A stretch of 26,483 nucleotides of DNA from IMG/VR virus record IMGVR_UViG_3300022695_000151, positions 1 through 26,483 of that record; one strand, written 5' to 3'. How positions within the stretch are numbered: the stretch's first letter is position 1; the number at the start of each line of letters is the position of its first letter. The notes beneath the pieces are model-generated. The model saw only the letters and a program-made list of their open reading frames with translations. It was not told the DNA's origin and searched no databases. Below, one piece after another: positions 15,816 through 24,281 of this stretch. The position numbers were made by a program, and so were the translations under genes. The stretch is from a virus. Taxonomy: Duplodnaviria > Caudoviricetes.

Positions 15816-17012
15816 ATGCCAGCAGCATATCTACACGGCGTTCAGGTCGTCGAAAAAATCAACGCAGTGCGGCCTATCCGCACCATAGCAACCGGCATCA
15901 TCGGCATAGTAGGCACCGCCCCCGATGCCGATGTGGCGGCATTCCCGCTGGATACGCCCGTGCTGGTCATTGGCGATCGCGCCCTGGCAGCCAAACTCGA
16001 CACCACAGGGCTGGGCAAGGGAACATTGCCCATGAGCATGGATGCAATCTTTGATCAGATCGCGCCAATCATGGTAGTGATTCGAGTCAGCGAAGCCGCC
16101 CTTGCAGGCGGTGGCATTGATATGGCCGCCACGCAATCCAATATCATCGGCACAATCACCGCAGCAGGCCAATATACAGGCATGCAGGCGTTGCTCACGG
16201 CCAAGGTTAAAATCGGCGTGCAGCCGCGCATTTTAGGTGCCCCTGGCTGGACATCGTATCAGCCAGTTGCCGCCGCGATGGATTCGATCACTACATCATT
16301 GCGTGCATTCGCCTATTATGATCTGGCATCGGCCACGGGGGATATTGCGCTGACTGATCGGGTTGCCTACGGCAACAAACGCTCTATGCTTTTATGGCCT
16401 GCCTTTGAAGTCTGGGATACCGCCATCAATGCGCTGGTCACACAGGCCGCCTCAGCGCGTGCGCTGGGCATGCGTGCCAGGCTGGATAATGATATTGGCT
16501 GGCATAAAACCCTCTCCAACATCGTTGTTAACGGCGTTTCCGGCATTACCAAGCCCGTTGAATGGGCGTTGCAGAATCCCAATACCAAGGCCAATTTGCT
16601 GAATAAGAATGAAATTACCACCATCATTCAGCAGGGTGGTTATCGCTTCTGGGGTTCCCGTACGCCATCGATTGATCCCGTATTCGCATTTGAATCAGCC
16701 GTCCGCACCGGCGATGTGCTGGCCGATTCGATTGCCGATAGCCATTTGTGGGCGATGGACAAGCCGATGAGCAAAGTGCTGTTTGAAGAGATTGTCGAGG
16801 GTGTCAATGCCAAATTCCGCGAATTGAAGGCGTTTGGCTACATCGTTGATGGCAACGCCTGGTTAGATCCGGAACTGAACACCATTACCAGCATGAGCGC
16901 GGGCAAGTTGTGGGTCGATTATGATTATACGCCGGTGCCGCCGCTGGAGCAGCTCGGATTCATGGCCACCATCACCAACAAATACCTGATCGAATTGCTG
17001 CCCAAGGCATAA
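15816..17012 (+). CDS. Contractile tail sheath (P2 FI-like)
   Basis: YLHGV.V.E, G.YTGMQALL, PRILGAPG, GWHKTLSN, GYRFWGSRT, YDYTPVPPLEQL. Confidence 0.97.
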   Translation: MPAAYLHGVQVVEKINAVRPIRTIATGIIGIVGTAPDADVAAFPLDTPVLVIGDRALAAKLDTTGLGKGTLPMSMDAIFDQIAPIMVVIRVSEAALAGGGIDMAATQSNIIGTITAAGQYTGMQALLTAKVKIGVQPRILGAPGWTSYQPVAAAMDSITTSLRAFAYYDLASATGDIALTDRVAYGNKRSMLLWPAFEVWDTAINALVTQAASARALGMRARLDNDIGWHKTLSNIVVNGVSGITKPVEWALQNPNTKANLLNKNEITTIIQQGGYRFWGSRTPSIDPVFAFESAVRTGDVLADSIADSHLWAMDKPMSKVLFEEIVEGVNAKFRELKAFGYIVDGNAWLDPELNTITSMSAGKLWVDYDYTPVPPLEQLGFMATITNKYLIELLPKA

Positions 17013-17024
17013 GGAGATAACAAC

Positions 17025-17192
17025 ATGGATAAAACAAGCTACAAAGCACTACGCCCGGCGTATCTGAATAATACGCATGTCAACGAGGGAGATACCATCA
17101 CCCTGCACCCGCGCGCCGCCGTATTTCTGATTGCGGACGGCACGCTCGAAGAGATCACCACAAAACCTGCCAAAGATAAAGGAGCGAAATAA
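17025..17192 (+). CDS. Small hypothetical tail protein (55 aa, not in ORF track)
   Basis: AAGGAG RBS. MDKTSYKALRPAYLNNTHVNEGDTITLHPRAAVFLIADGTLEEITTKPAKDKGAK*. Its stop overlaps the tube start (TAATG). Confidence 0.75.
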   Translation: MDKTSYKALRPAYLNNTHVNEGDTITLHPRAAVFLIADGTLEEITTKPAKDKGAK

Positions 17193-17704
17193 TGGCGATA
17201 AAAAACGTATTAAAAAACCTGAACCTGTTTGTCGATGGGCGTGGTTACGCAGGAAATGTGACCGATATCGAGCTGCCCAAATTAACCATGAAAACATCCG
17301 AATACCGCGCTGGTGGCATGGATGCCCCGATTGAAGTTGAAATGGGTATGGAAAAGCTGGAGTCCACCTTCACCCTGAACGGCTACGATCCGGAGGTTCT
17401 GAAGCTGTTTGGCCTGGCTCCGGGCAAGCGTAAATCACTCACCCTGCGCGGATCCTTGCTCGATGAAAAAGACGGCTCGGAAAAGCCTATATCTATCAAC
17501 CTGCGTGGCATATTGCGTGAGGTTGATATGGGCACATGGAAACCGGGCGAAGATGCCTCCATGAAAGTGGCTGTAGCCCTCTCCTATTACAAGCTCACCC
17601 ACAACGGAATCGTGATCTACGAGATCGATCCGGAGGGCATGAAGCGCATCATCAACGGCGTTGATCAACTGGCGCAGACCCGCACTAATCTTGGGATCAT
17701 ATGA
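17192..17704 (+). CDS. Tail tube (P2 FII-like)
   Basis: LKNLNLFVDG.GYAG, LPKLT.K..EYRAGGMD.P, YYKL, IINGVDQLA..R.NLG. Confidence 0.97.
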   Translation: MAIKNVLKNLNLFVDGRGYAGNVTDIELPKLTMKTSEYRAGGMDAPIEVEMGMEKLESTFTLNGYDPEVLKLFGLAPGKRKSLTLRGSLLDEKDGSEKPISINLRGILREVDMGTWKPGEDASMKVAVALSYYKLTHNGIVIYEIDPEGMKRIINGVDQLAQTRTNLGII

Positions 17705-17943
17705 TGGGAGCCATCAAACTGAAATACCCCATCGAAGTGGCTGGTGAGAAAATCACCAGCCTCAATCTGCGCCGCCCGAAAGTGCGCGACATGCTGGCAG
17801 CGGATAAGGCAGCAGATAGCGAAGCTGAAAAAGAAGTGGCAATGTTTGCTAACCTCTGTGAAGTCAGCCGCGATGCGATTCTGGAACTGGATGGCGCGGA
17901 TTATGGCAATCTACAAAAGGCATACTCCGATTTTTTATCCTGA
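17701..17943 (+). CDS. Tail assembly chaperone gpE
   Basis: I.L.YPI...G..I..L.LRRPKVRD, A.LC.V....I.ELD..DY..LQ..Y.DFL. Confidence 0.9.
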   Translation: MMGAIKLKYPIEVAGEKITSLNLRRPKVRDMLAADKAADSEAEKEVAMFANLCEVSRDAILELDGADYGNLQKAYSDFLS

Positions 17944-18086
17944 AACCATCCGATGCGCGGGTGGCGTGTGTTGCGCTGGCCCGCGTTACCGGATGGGGAA
18001 TGAACGAGTTGCTGGATTTGAACGGCGAAAGCCTGTTGCAATGGCTTGAAGCAGCGAAAGAGACAGCGCCAAAGCAGAGATTATAA
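17701..18086 (+). CDS. gpE+E' extended chaperone via -1 programmed frameshift
   Basis: Slippery T_TTT_TTA at 17931-17937. The -1 frame reads ILKPSDARVACVALARVTGWGMNELLDLNGESLLQWLEAAKETAPKQRL*, similar to P2 E' (GW...EL..M...EL..W). Confidence 0.8.
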
Positions 18087-18267
18087 TAAAATACGGGATA
18101 AGCAACAGGAGCATGAGCGGTATAGCGATAAGCGCAGCGGCAATGATGGCGGCCCACCATTGGGGATCCGGCAACATGATGCACAGCAGACCGATGAAAA
18201 TCAGCGCGATTAACAACTGCGGGTGATAATCCCAGCCCATAGCGGCATCAAAAACAGCAAAGCTCAT
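17986..18267 (-). CDS. Possible small multi-TM membrane protein (antisense)
   Basis: Long hydrophobic runs (LLIALIFIGLLCIML; WWAAIIAAALIAIPLMLLLLIPYFIII). Fills the E'-T gap but has no clear RBS. Confidence 0.5.
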   Translation of the reverse strand: MSFAVFDAAMGWDYHPQLLIALIFIGLLCIMLPDPQWWAAIIAAALIAIPLMLLLLIPYFIIISALALSLSLLQAIATGFRRSNPATRSFPIR

Positions 18268-18284
18268 AAGGAGATGTTAGTGGC

Positions 18285-20687
18285 ATGATCGGGAAAACGC
18301 TAGCTGTCAGTATCACGATAGGCACCGTACTGGCTGCGTCATTCAATAAATCGTTTAATACGGCGTCTGATCGCGTGGGTAAATTCAAGACCGCACTGGG
18401 CAAGATGGGCGCACAACAGGGATCCATCACACAGTTCAAAACGCTGAAAAAAACACTCGGTGCAACGGCAGCCGCTATGCAGGCGGCGCAGATAAAAACG
18501 TCATCTCTGGCCAAAGAAATTAAGGCTACGGGCAAGCCATCAAAGAAACTGACAGGTGATTTTGAACGCGCAAAACGCGAATCCGCACGCCTTAAAACAG
18601 CGTTTCGCGACCAGAATGAGCAGTTGCAACGCTTGCGCACCGGCTTGCGCCTGACTGGTTTTAATACGCGCAAACTCGGCCAGGAAGAACGTACACTCGG
18701 GCGGCAGATGGATGCCACCCGCCGCAAAATGGAGCGGTTGAATAAAGCGCAAGCGGCCAAAGGCCGGATGTCCTCACTTAAAGGCCGGGCTCTGGGCGCG
18801 CTCGGTACTGTATACGGCGCGAGCAGGGTGATTGGTAAAGCGTTCGATATTCAGCGCAAAACCATCCGGCTGCGCACGGTAGTAAATACCAAGGATGTGG
18901 GTGCATCCATCAAGCAATCGGTGGGTCATGCAATATCCTTTGCGCAGCATTCGCTGGCAACCGAGGGACAAATCCTCGATATTGAATACTCGCTAAACTC
19001 CGCTGGGTTAAGTGCATCGGCGGCACGGGCTGGTTCCGAGATTGTATCTAAACTTGCCACTGTAACCAGTGGTAATGCCGAAGAGGTTGGCGTGATCGTG
19101 GGCGATACGTTCAATAATTTTCAAAAGACGCTCTCCGGCACGGTGGATGATAAACTGCAACGCATTGGCAATGTGCTCCTCAAAACGCAAGAGAAATTCT
19201 CGATTAAAAATTTTGGACAGCTTGGCGAGGGCATCAAAGAGGCATCTGCTGCTGCGGCGATTGCGCATGTGCCGTTCACCCAGATGGCGGCGTCTATCGG
19301 GGCATTGAACAGTGCCGGACTGAAGGGCACGCAAGCAGGGACGGGGTTTTCCGATTTGCTGTCCCGGCTCGCGGTCAAGAGCTCATCTCTAGGTATAGCC
19401 ATACAGCATACGGCATCCGGGCAGGTTGATTTCATTGCCACGATGGGGGCGCTGAAGGCGCGGATGGGTGTTGTGGGCGATAGTACGGCGCAACTGGCGT
19501 TTCTACAGGGGAAGCTAGGTATACAGGCTGGACAGGCTGCGGGTGCGCTACTGAATAATCTGGATATGCTAAAATCAGGTTATGCCGTGGTGGCATCAAA
19601 AAACGATAAACTCACATCCGATTACAAAACATTCACTAATTCCGCCTCCGGACAGTGGACGATGCTAACGCAGAATGTATCTATCCTCGGCAACGTGCTG
19701 GGAGGCACTCTCCTTTCCGCTATCAAGCCTGTGACCAGGTTCTTCAGCGATATGGTGGTGTGGGTGATTAAGGGCATCCGGAAATTTCCCATCATCGGTG
19801 AAATCATTGGTGGGCTGGCCGTTGGTTTTGGACTCTTCGCCATGTCGCTGGGAGGCGTTGTGGCCGCGCAGTGGGCATGGAACTCGGCGCTTGGTTCCAG
19901 TTACATCGGACTGGTTAAAACGGTGGCGGGCGTGGTTTGGTCATCAGGCATCTTCGCGGCAAACGCAGTAAAACTAGGCGTGCTTGCGGCCGCGCAGTGG
20001 GCATGGAATGTGGCGACTACGGCTACAGGCGCAGCGCTCCCGATAGTCGCAACGGCTATTCGCGCTATCGGTGTTGCAATGGCTGAGAACCCAATAGGGT
20101 TCGCTATTGCAGGCATCGCACTGGCAGCCACACTCATTTATAAATACTGGTCGCCAATCAGCGGTTTCTTCAAAAAACTATGGGCCAACATAAAAAACAT
20201 ATTCAGCGGTGTTTCTGCGTGGATCGGTAACGCGATCTCCCATCCGTTTGATATACTTAAAAATACGCTTGGTGGCGCATGGAATTTGTTGTTCGGTGCG
20301 ACAAAATCAATTACTGCCAAAGCCGCCCCCGCAGCGCTGGCAGCAACAATGGCCATTGCACCCCCTGCACTCGCCCAGCCCAAGCCGCTGATTCAGCCAT
20401 TAACGCAGCGTCCGGCTCAAGCGCAGGCACTCCAACCCAAGCCGCTGATTCAGCCATTAACGCAGCAGCCTTCGCAACGATTGCAGCAGGCAATTGGCAC
20501 CCAAGCTGTGCCATCTCAATCAACCGTTGTACATCAGGATAACCGCGCCAATTACACGATGTATGTCAACGTGGACGGCGGCGATCCGCAAGCGGTCAAG
20601 GCGGCTGTATCTGATGCGATGGCCGAAAAAGAGCGAGAACACGCTGCCCGCACACGCGGTGCGTTGTTCGATTATCAGGGCGGTTGA
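18285..20687 (+). CDS. Tail tape measure protein
   Basis: 800 aa, Ala/Gly-rich with N-terminal coiled coil. LNSAGLKG.QAGT core, AAQWAWN repeats, NPIG..I..IA..A.LIYKYW.PI..FF..LW. Confidence 0.93.
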   Translation: MIGKTLAVSITIGTVLAASFNKSFNTASDRVGKFKTALGKMGAQQGSITQFKTLKKTLGATAAAMQAAQIKTSSLAKEIKATGKPSKKLTGDFERAKRESARLKTAFRDQNEQLQRLRTGLRLTGFNTRKLGQEERTLGRQMDATRRKMERLNKAQAAKGRMSSLKGRALGALGTVYGASRVIGKAFDIQRKTIRLRTVVNTKDVGASIKQSVGHAISFAQHSLATEGQILDIEYSLNSAGLSASAARAGSEIVSKLATVTSGNAEEVGVIVGDTFNNFQKTLSGTVDDKLQRIGNVLLKTQEKFSIKNFGQLGEGIKEASAAAAIAHVPFTQMAASIGALNSAGLKGTQAGTGFSDLLSRLAVKSSSLGIAIQHTASGQVDFIATMGALKARMGVVGDSTAQLAFLQGKLGIQAGQAAGALLNNLDMLKSGYAVVASKNDKLTSDYKTFTNSASGQWTMLTQNVSILGNVLGGTLLSAIKPVTRFFSDMVVWVIKGIRKFPIIGEIIGGLAVGFGLFAMSLGGVVAAQWAWNSALGSSYIGLVKTVAGVVWSSGIFAANAVKLGVLAAAQWAWNVATTATGAALPIVATAIRAIGVAMAENPIGFAIAGIALAATLIYKYWSPISGFFKKLWANIKNIFSGVSAWIGNAISHPFDILKNTLGGAWNLLFGATKSITAKAAPAALAATMAIAPPALAQPKPLIQPLTQRPAQAQALQPKPLIQPLTQQPSQRLQQAIGTQAVPSQSTVVHQDNRANYTMYVNVDGGDPQAVKAAVSDAMAEKEREHAARTRGALFDYQGG
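20379..20466 (+). repeat. 31-bp direct repeat within the tape-measure 3' end (PKPLIQPLTQ x2)
   Basis: CCCAAGCCGCTGATTCAGCCATTAACGCAGC at 20379-20409 and 20436-20466. Confidence 0.9.
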
Positions 20688-20689
20688 CG

Positions 20690-21103
20690 ATGGCTATTAA
20701 CAACGAAGTGATGATGGCCATCGGGCTGTTCAAGTTCGCGGCCAATACGGCTGCTTATCAGGAACTTCGCCGTGTCTCGGAATACCGTTGGAGTGAGCAG
20801 CAACGCATCAGCCGCGATCCGGCTATGCAGTTTGCCGGCAAAGGCCGCGAAACCATAGACCTATCCGGAGTGATCTACCCTGCCGAGTTCAATTCCGGCC
20901 AAGATCAAGTGGCAGAAATGCGCAAAGCCGCCGCCGTCGGCAAACCACTGAATCTGATTTCGGCACAGGGCATGGTGGGCAAGATACACGGCGACTGGGT
21001 GATCAAGCGTATCGAAGAAACCGGCACTGTATTCGCCACCGGTGGCGCACCCCGCAAAATTGAGTTTCGCATGAGCCTACAATTTTACGGAGGTGACAAA
21101 TGA
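20690..21103 (+). CDS. Tail protein U (P2 gpU-like)
   Basis: MM.IG.F.F...TAAYQ.L.R...YRW..Q.RI...PA.QF.G.G.ETI.LSG.IYP, G.PRKIEF..SL. Confidence 0.93.
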   Translation: MAINNEVMMAIGLFKFAANTAAYQELRRVSEYRWSEQQRISRDPAMQFAGKGRETIDLSGVIYPAEFNSGQDQVAEMRKAAAVGKPLNLISAQGMVGKIHGDWVIKRIEETGTVFATGGAPRKIEFRMSLQFYGGDK

Positions 21104-21157
21104 CCCTGTTTTTCCTCTGTGCTCTCTGTGTACTCTGTGGTAAAATGTTTTGATCCT
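21104..21157. repeat. Short insertion with CTCTGTG tandem units between U and X
   Basis: TTTTTCCTCTGTGCTCTCTGTGTACTCTGTGGT. Its reverse complement resembles 567-600 inside terL. Confidence 0.6.
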
Positions 21158-21367
21158 ATGAGCCAACAATACCGAACCAAACAGGGTGACATGTTGGATG
21201 CTATCTGCTATAAATTCTATGGTCGCGAATCGGCAGCCGAGGACGTGCTCAAGGCCAACCCCGGCTTAGCAGACAAAGGCCCCGTATTTGCCGCCGGGCT
21301 CATCATCAATCTGCCACCACTGGCTACGCCAGCCACCCCGTCCAAAACCGTGAGGCTGTGGGACTGA
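21158..21367 (+). CDS. Tail protein X (P2 gpX, LysM-like)
   Basis: YRTKQGD.LD.IC..FYG, VL.ANPGLA..GP...AGL.I.LP, ends VRLWD. Confidence 0.93.
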   Translation: MSQQYRTKQGDMLDAICYKFYGRESAAEDVLKANPGLADKGPVFAAGLIINLPPLATPATPSKTVRLWD

Positions 21368-22392
21368 TGCGCGCATTCACTCCCGATCTTTCCATCAGCG
21401 CAGATGGCAACGATCTCACAGCCGCAATTCGTGACCGCCTGATCCGACTCACCATCTCCGATCATGCCGGTAACACATCGGACAGCGTCAAGATCACGCT
21501 CGATGACCGCGATCACGCCATCGATCTGCCGCGTACCGGCGCGGAGCTGTCTGTCAGCCTCGGCTACAAAGAGACCGGACTTGTTGATATGGGGAAATGG
21601 ACGGTGGATGAAATAGAACTATCCGGCCCGCCAGAAACACTGATCATCAGCGGCAAAGCGGCCAACCTGTCTGCCCGCAAAACCAAGGGAGGCAAGTCCG
21701 ATACACTGCGCAGCGCCAAGACCCGCGCATGGGACAACATTGCCATTGCCGATATCTGCAAAACGATTGCGCATGAGCACGGTTATACGCCACGTATCGC
21801 CGATAAATATGCCACGGGCAGTCCGCCTGCAATTGGCGCGCCGGTGAAGCATCTGGATCAGCGCGAAGAGTCCGATTTGAACTTTCTGACACGGCTAGCC
21901 AGCGATTACGGAGCAGTCTGCAAGCCCGTGCGCGATTATCTGTTGTTTGTCGAAAAGGGAACGCCAGTCAGCGCCACTGGCCGCATACTCGATAGCATCA
22001 TTATCGTGCCAAAAGATGTGTCCGCATGGCGCGCCACGCTGGCAGATCGCGGCAAGTATGTTGCAGCCATCGCTCACTACCACGATCACGCCACAGCCAA
22101 GCGAATCCCTGTCCGCGCAGGAAAGCCGTCTGGTTTACCCGTAACCAGTGTCCCCGGTACATTCGCAGATGAGCAAGCCGCCCGGGCTGCCGCTACAGCA
22201 CGCCTTGCATCGCTCAATCGTGGATCAACAACACTACACGTCACCATGCCCGGCAACGGTCTGATCGCATCGGGAACGCCGCTGACACTGTCCGGATTCC
22301 GCACGGGTGCCGATGGCAACTATCACGCCACATCTGTCACGCACACACTGGATGCGGGTGGCTATAAAACATCGGCTAATCTTGTTTTTTAA
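21367..22392 (+). CDS. Baseplate hub protein D (P2 gpD-like)
   Basis: I.DRLI.LTI.D..G..SD...I.LDDRD, LGYKETGL.DMG...VDE.E.SGPP, HLDQ.EESD.NFLTRLA, V.H.L...GY.T. Confidence 0.93.
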   Translation: MRAFTPDLSISADGNDLTAAIRDRLIRLTISDHAGNTSDSVKITLDDRDHAIDLPRTGAELSVSLGYKETGLVDMGKWTVDEIELSGPPETLIISGKAANLSARKTKGGKSDTLRSAKTRAWDNIAIADICKTIAHEHGYTPRIADKYATGSPPAIGAPVKHLDQREESDLNFLTRLASDYGAVCKPVRDYLLFVEKGTPVSATGRILDSIIIVPKDVSAWRATLADRGKYVAAIAHYHDHATAKRIPVRAGKPSGLPVTSVPGTFADEQAARAAATARLASLNRGSTTLHVTMPGNGLIASGTPLTLSGFRTGADGNYHATSVTHTLDAGGYKTSANLVF

Positions 22393-22494
22393 AAAAACAA
22401 CTGTAAACCGGGTTTCAAGCACAAAAAAACGGCAATACAAGTATCCATAATTGGAGTTGGAAAAGCTGTTTACATCCTGTTTTAATACCCGCAC

Positions 22495-22555
22495 CGGCAC
22501 TTTGCGGTACATAAAACCAAATGCCGCAGTACGCAAAACCAAATGCCGCGTTACA
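22495..22555. mobile_element. Right end (attR) of the Mu-like transposable prophage
   Basis: 22-bp tandem units GTACATAAAACCAAATGCCGCA (22507-22528) and GTACGCAAAACCAAATGCCGCG (22529-22550), an inverted partial site CGGCACTTTG (22495-22504), and terminal TTACA ending in CA at 22554-22555. Confidence 0.8.
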
Positions 22556-24272
22556 AAAATCCCCAAGTCGCTGTCCCTGACCAAGTGCCGGTCGAGTATG
22601 CCATGTTGAGCCCCAGGAAACTTTCGACTCCACCAGTGGGCAGCGGTATCGGAGACGTAATCAATACTCCATCTACGACCCAGCCGGTAACAGGGAATGC
22701 ACCATTCGCAATAACATTCACACCATACACGGAAAATGTACCGGAGTAGGAGCTTGTGCCACTGAAATCTACTCTGCCCGTGTAACTGCTAACGGAAGAG
22801 CCACCACCTGAATGACTCATCACAATGTTTAATGAGTTCGGGGATACAGCCGCATCCCCGCCATTCGTGGTCGATGGATTCAGCGCCAGCGATGCGGTAT
22901 CACTGAGCGTCATGATGGCGTTGACATTGATGTCATTGGCGGCAGTGAGTGTCAGCGTATTCTTGTTCCAGCTTACGGCATCGTTGACATTGATGTTACC
23001 GCTACCGGATGAAGTGGAGCCCTCGCTGGAAAGGATGGTCACGTTGCCTGATCCCAACGCTGTGTTAAGCGTCGCCCCTGAAACATCACCCGAAGGCGCG
23101 CCATTCGTAATCGTTCCTACCGCTGTGGAGGCAATGGTGAAATCATGCGGATCAATGAGCCATGTGCCGGTCTTGCCGAAGGGCGCAGCGGTGGTGATGT
23201 TGGCCGTATCCGCCACATGCACCTGTGCCGCGCTGGTTTCGATGAAGCCGCCGTTGCCTCCGTTCGGAGCGCTGGCATCCAGCGTGCCGGATACATTCAC
23301 CGCTCCGTTCCGCGTGCCGCCCAACACCTTGATGACGCCGCCACCCCGGCCCGACGCATCCAGCGTTCCCGAGACACCCACCGCGCCGTTGTCGCCGCCA
23401 TTAAGGACAATGGTGCCACCCTGGCTGCTTGCGCCCCTCGCGAGCGCATAGCCAGACATGTCGATGGCGTTGTTCACCACCGACCTGGCCGTGTCGGCAG
23501 TGAGCAGGATGGCGCCGCCATCGGCGATCAGACTGCCCGAGTTGCTGATGGCAGCCGTTGGTGTCGTGCCGTCCGGGCGGACGAGTTGCCGGGCCATCTG
23601 TTTGTCGAGCAGAAAATTGAAGGTACCGTCGCCGCCCAGATCGATGGTAAAGCCGGACGTCGAGCCAAGCTGAATCTTGCCCAGGCGGGCCGTAATGATG
23701 CCGGAGTTCTCCACCCCCGGCGCCACCAGAGCGGCAAGACCGGCATCATTCACCGTGATTTGGCCTGCGTTCACGACCATTGCACCGGTATTGTTGGTGT
23801 TGCGGAACCGGTAACGTCCGGCCATGAAATCGTCGTTGCTGATATTGAGCGTGGTGGCAAGCAGCCCGCCGACATCCACGCGGGCGGTCTTGCCGAAGAC
23901 GATACCATTGGGATTGACCAACCATACCTGGCCGTTTGCCTTGAGCGTGCCCATGATTTTCGACGGATCGACGCCAACCACGCGGTTCAGCGCAATGGCT
24001 CGCGCATTGGGCTGGGCAAAGGTGGTCTGTTCTCCTTTATTGATGCTGAAGGAGTGCCAGTTGATGATTGCTTTCTGGCTTGTCTGGGTGACCACCACGC
24101 TGGCCGGGCCAGGGCGGGTAATGGTCGCGGAACCGGCGGCAACGTGCCCGCCCTGTGGATTGGCGGATGCGATGATCGGGAGCAGGGTCAACATGGTCAA
24201 AATGAAAACACTCCTTGCCAGCGTTCGTATGGGCGGAACGGGAAATTCTTGATAAAAAGGTGTGTGTGTCAT
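22551..24272 (-). pseudogene. TpsA / filamentous-haemagglutinin-like exoprotein, likely 3'-truncated by the prophage
   Basis: Signal peptide ..IASA/NPQGG, TPS domain (IINW.SFSI, ALNRV.G..PS.I.G.L.ANG.V.LVNPNGI.FG), GG.GGFIETS, GTWLIDP. Its stop codon lies inside the phage terminal TGTAA. Confidence 0.8.
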
Positions 24273-24281
24273 GTATCCTCC

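Larger units (their letters stand above)
267..22555 (+). mobile_element. Mu-like transposable prophage, late region (Mu head plus P2-type contractile tail), probably defective on the left
   Basis: Gene content and order, the right end at 22555, and the truncated small terminase at left. Confidence 0.9.

Noticed and set aside
22507-22550. Tandem repeats as a mini-CRISPR
   Set aside because: Only two adjacent units, no spacers and no cas genes. Better explained as transposase-binding sites.
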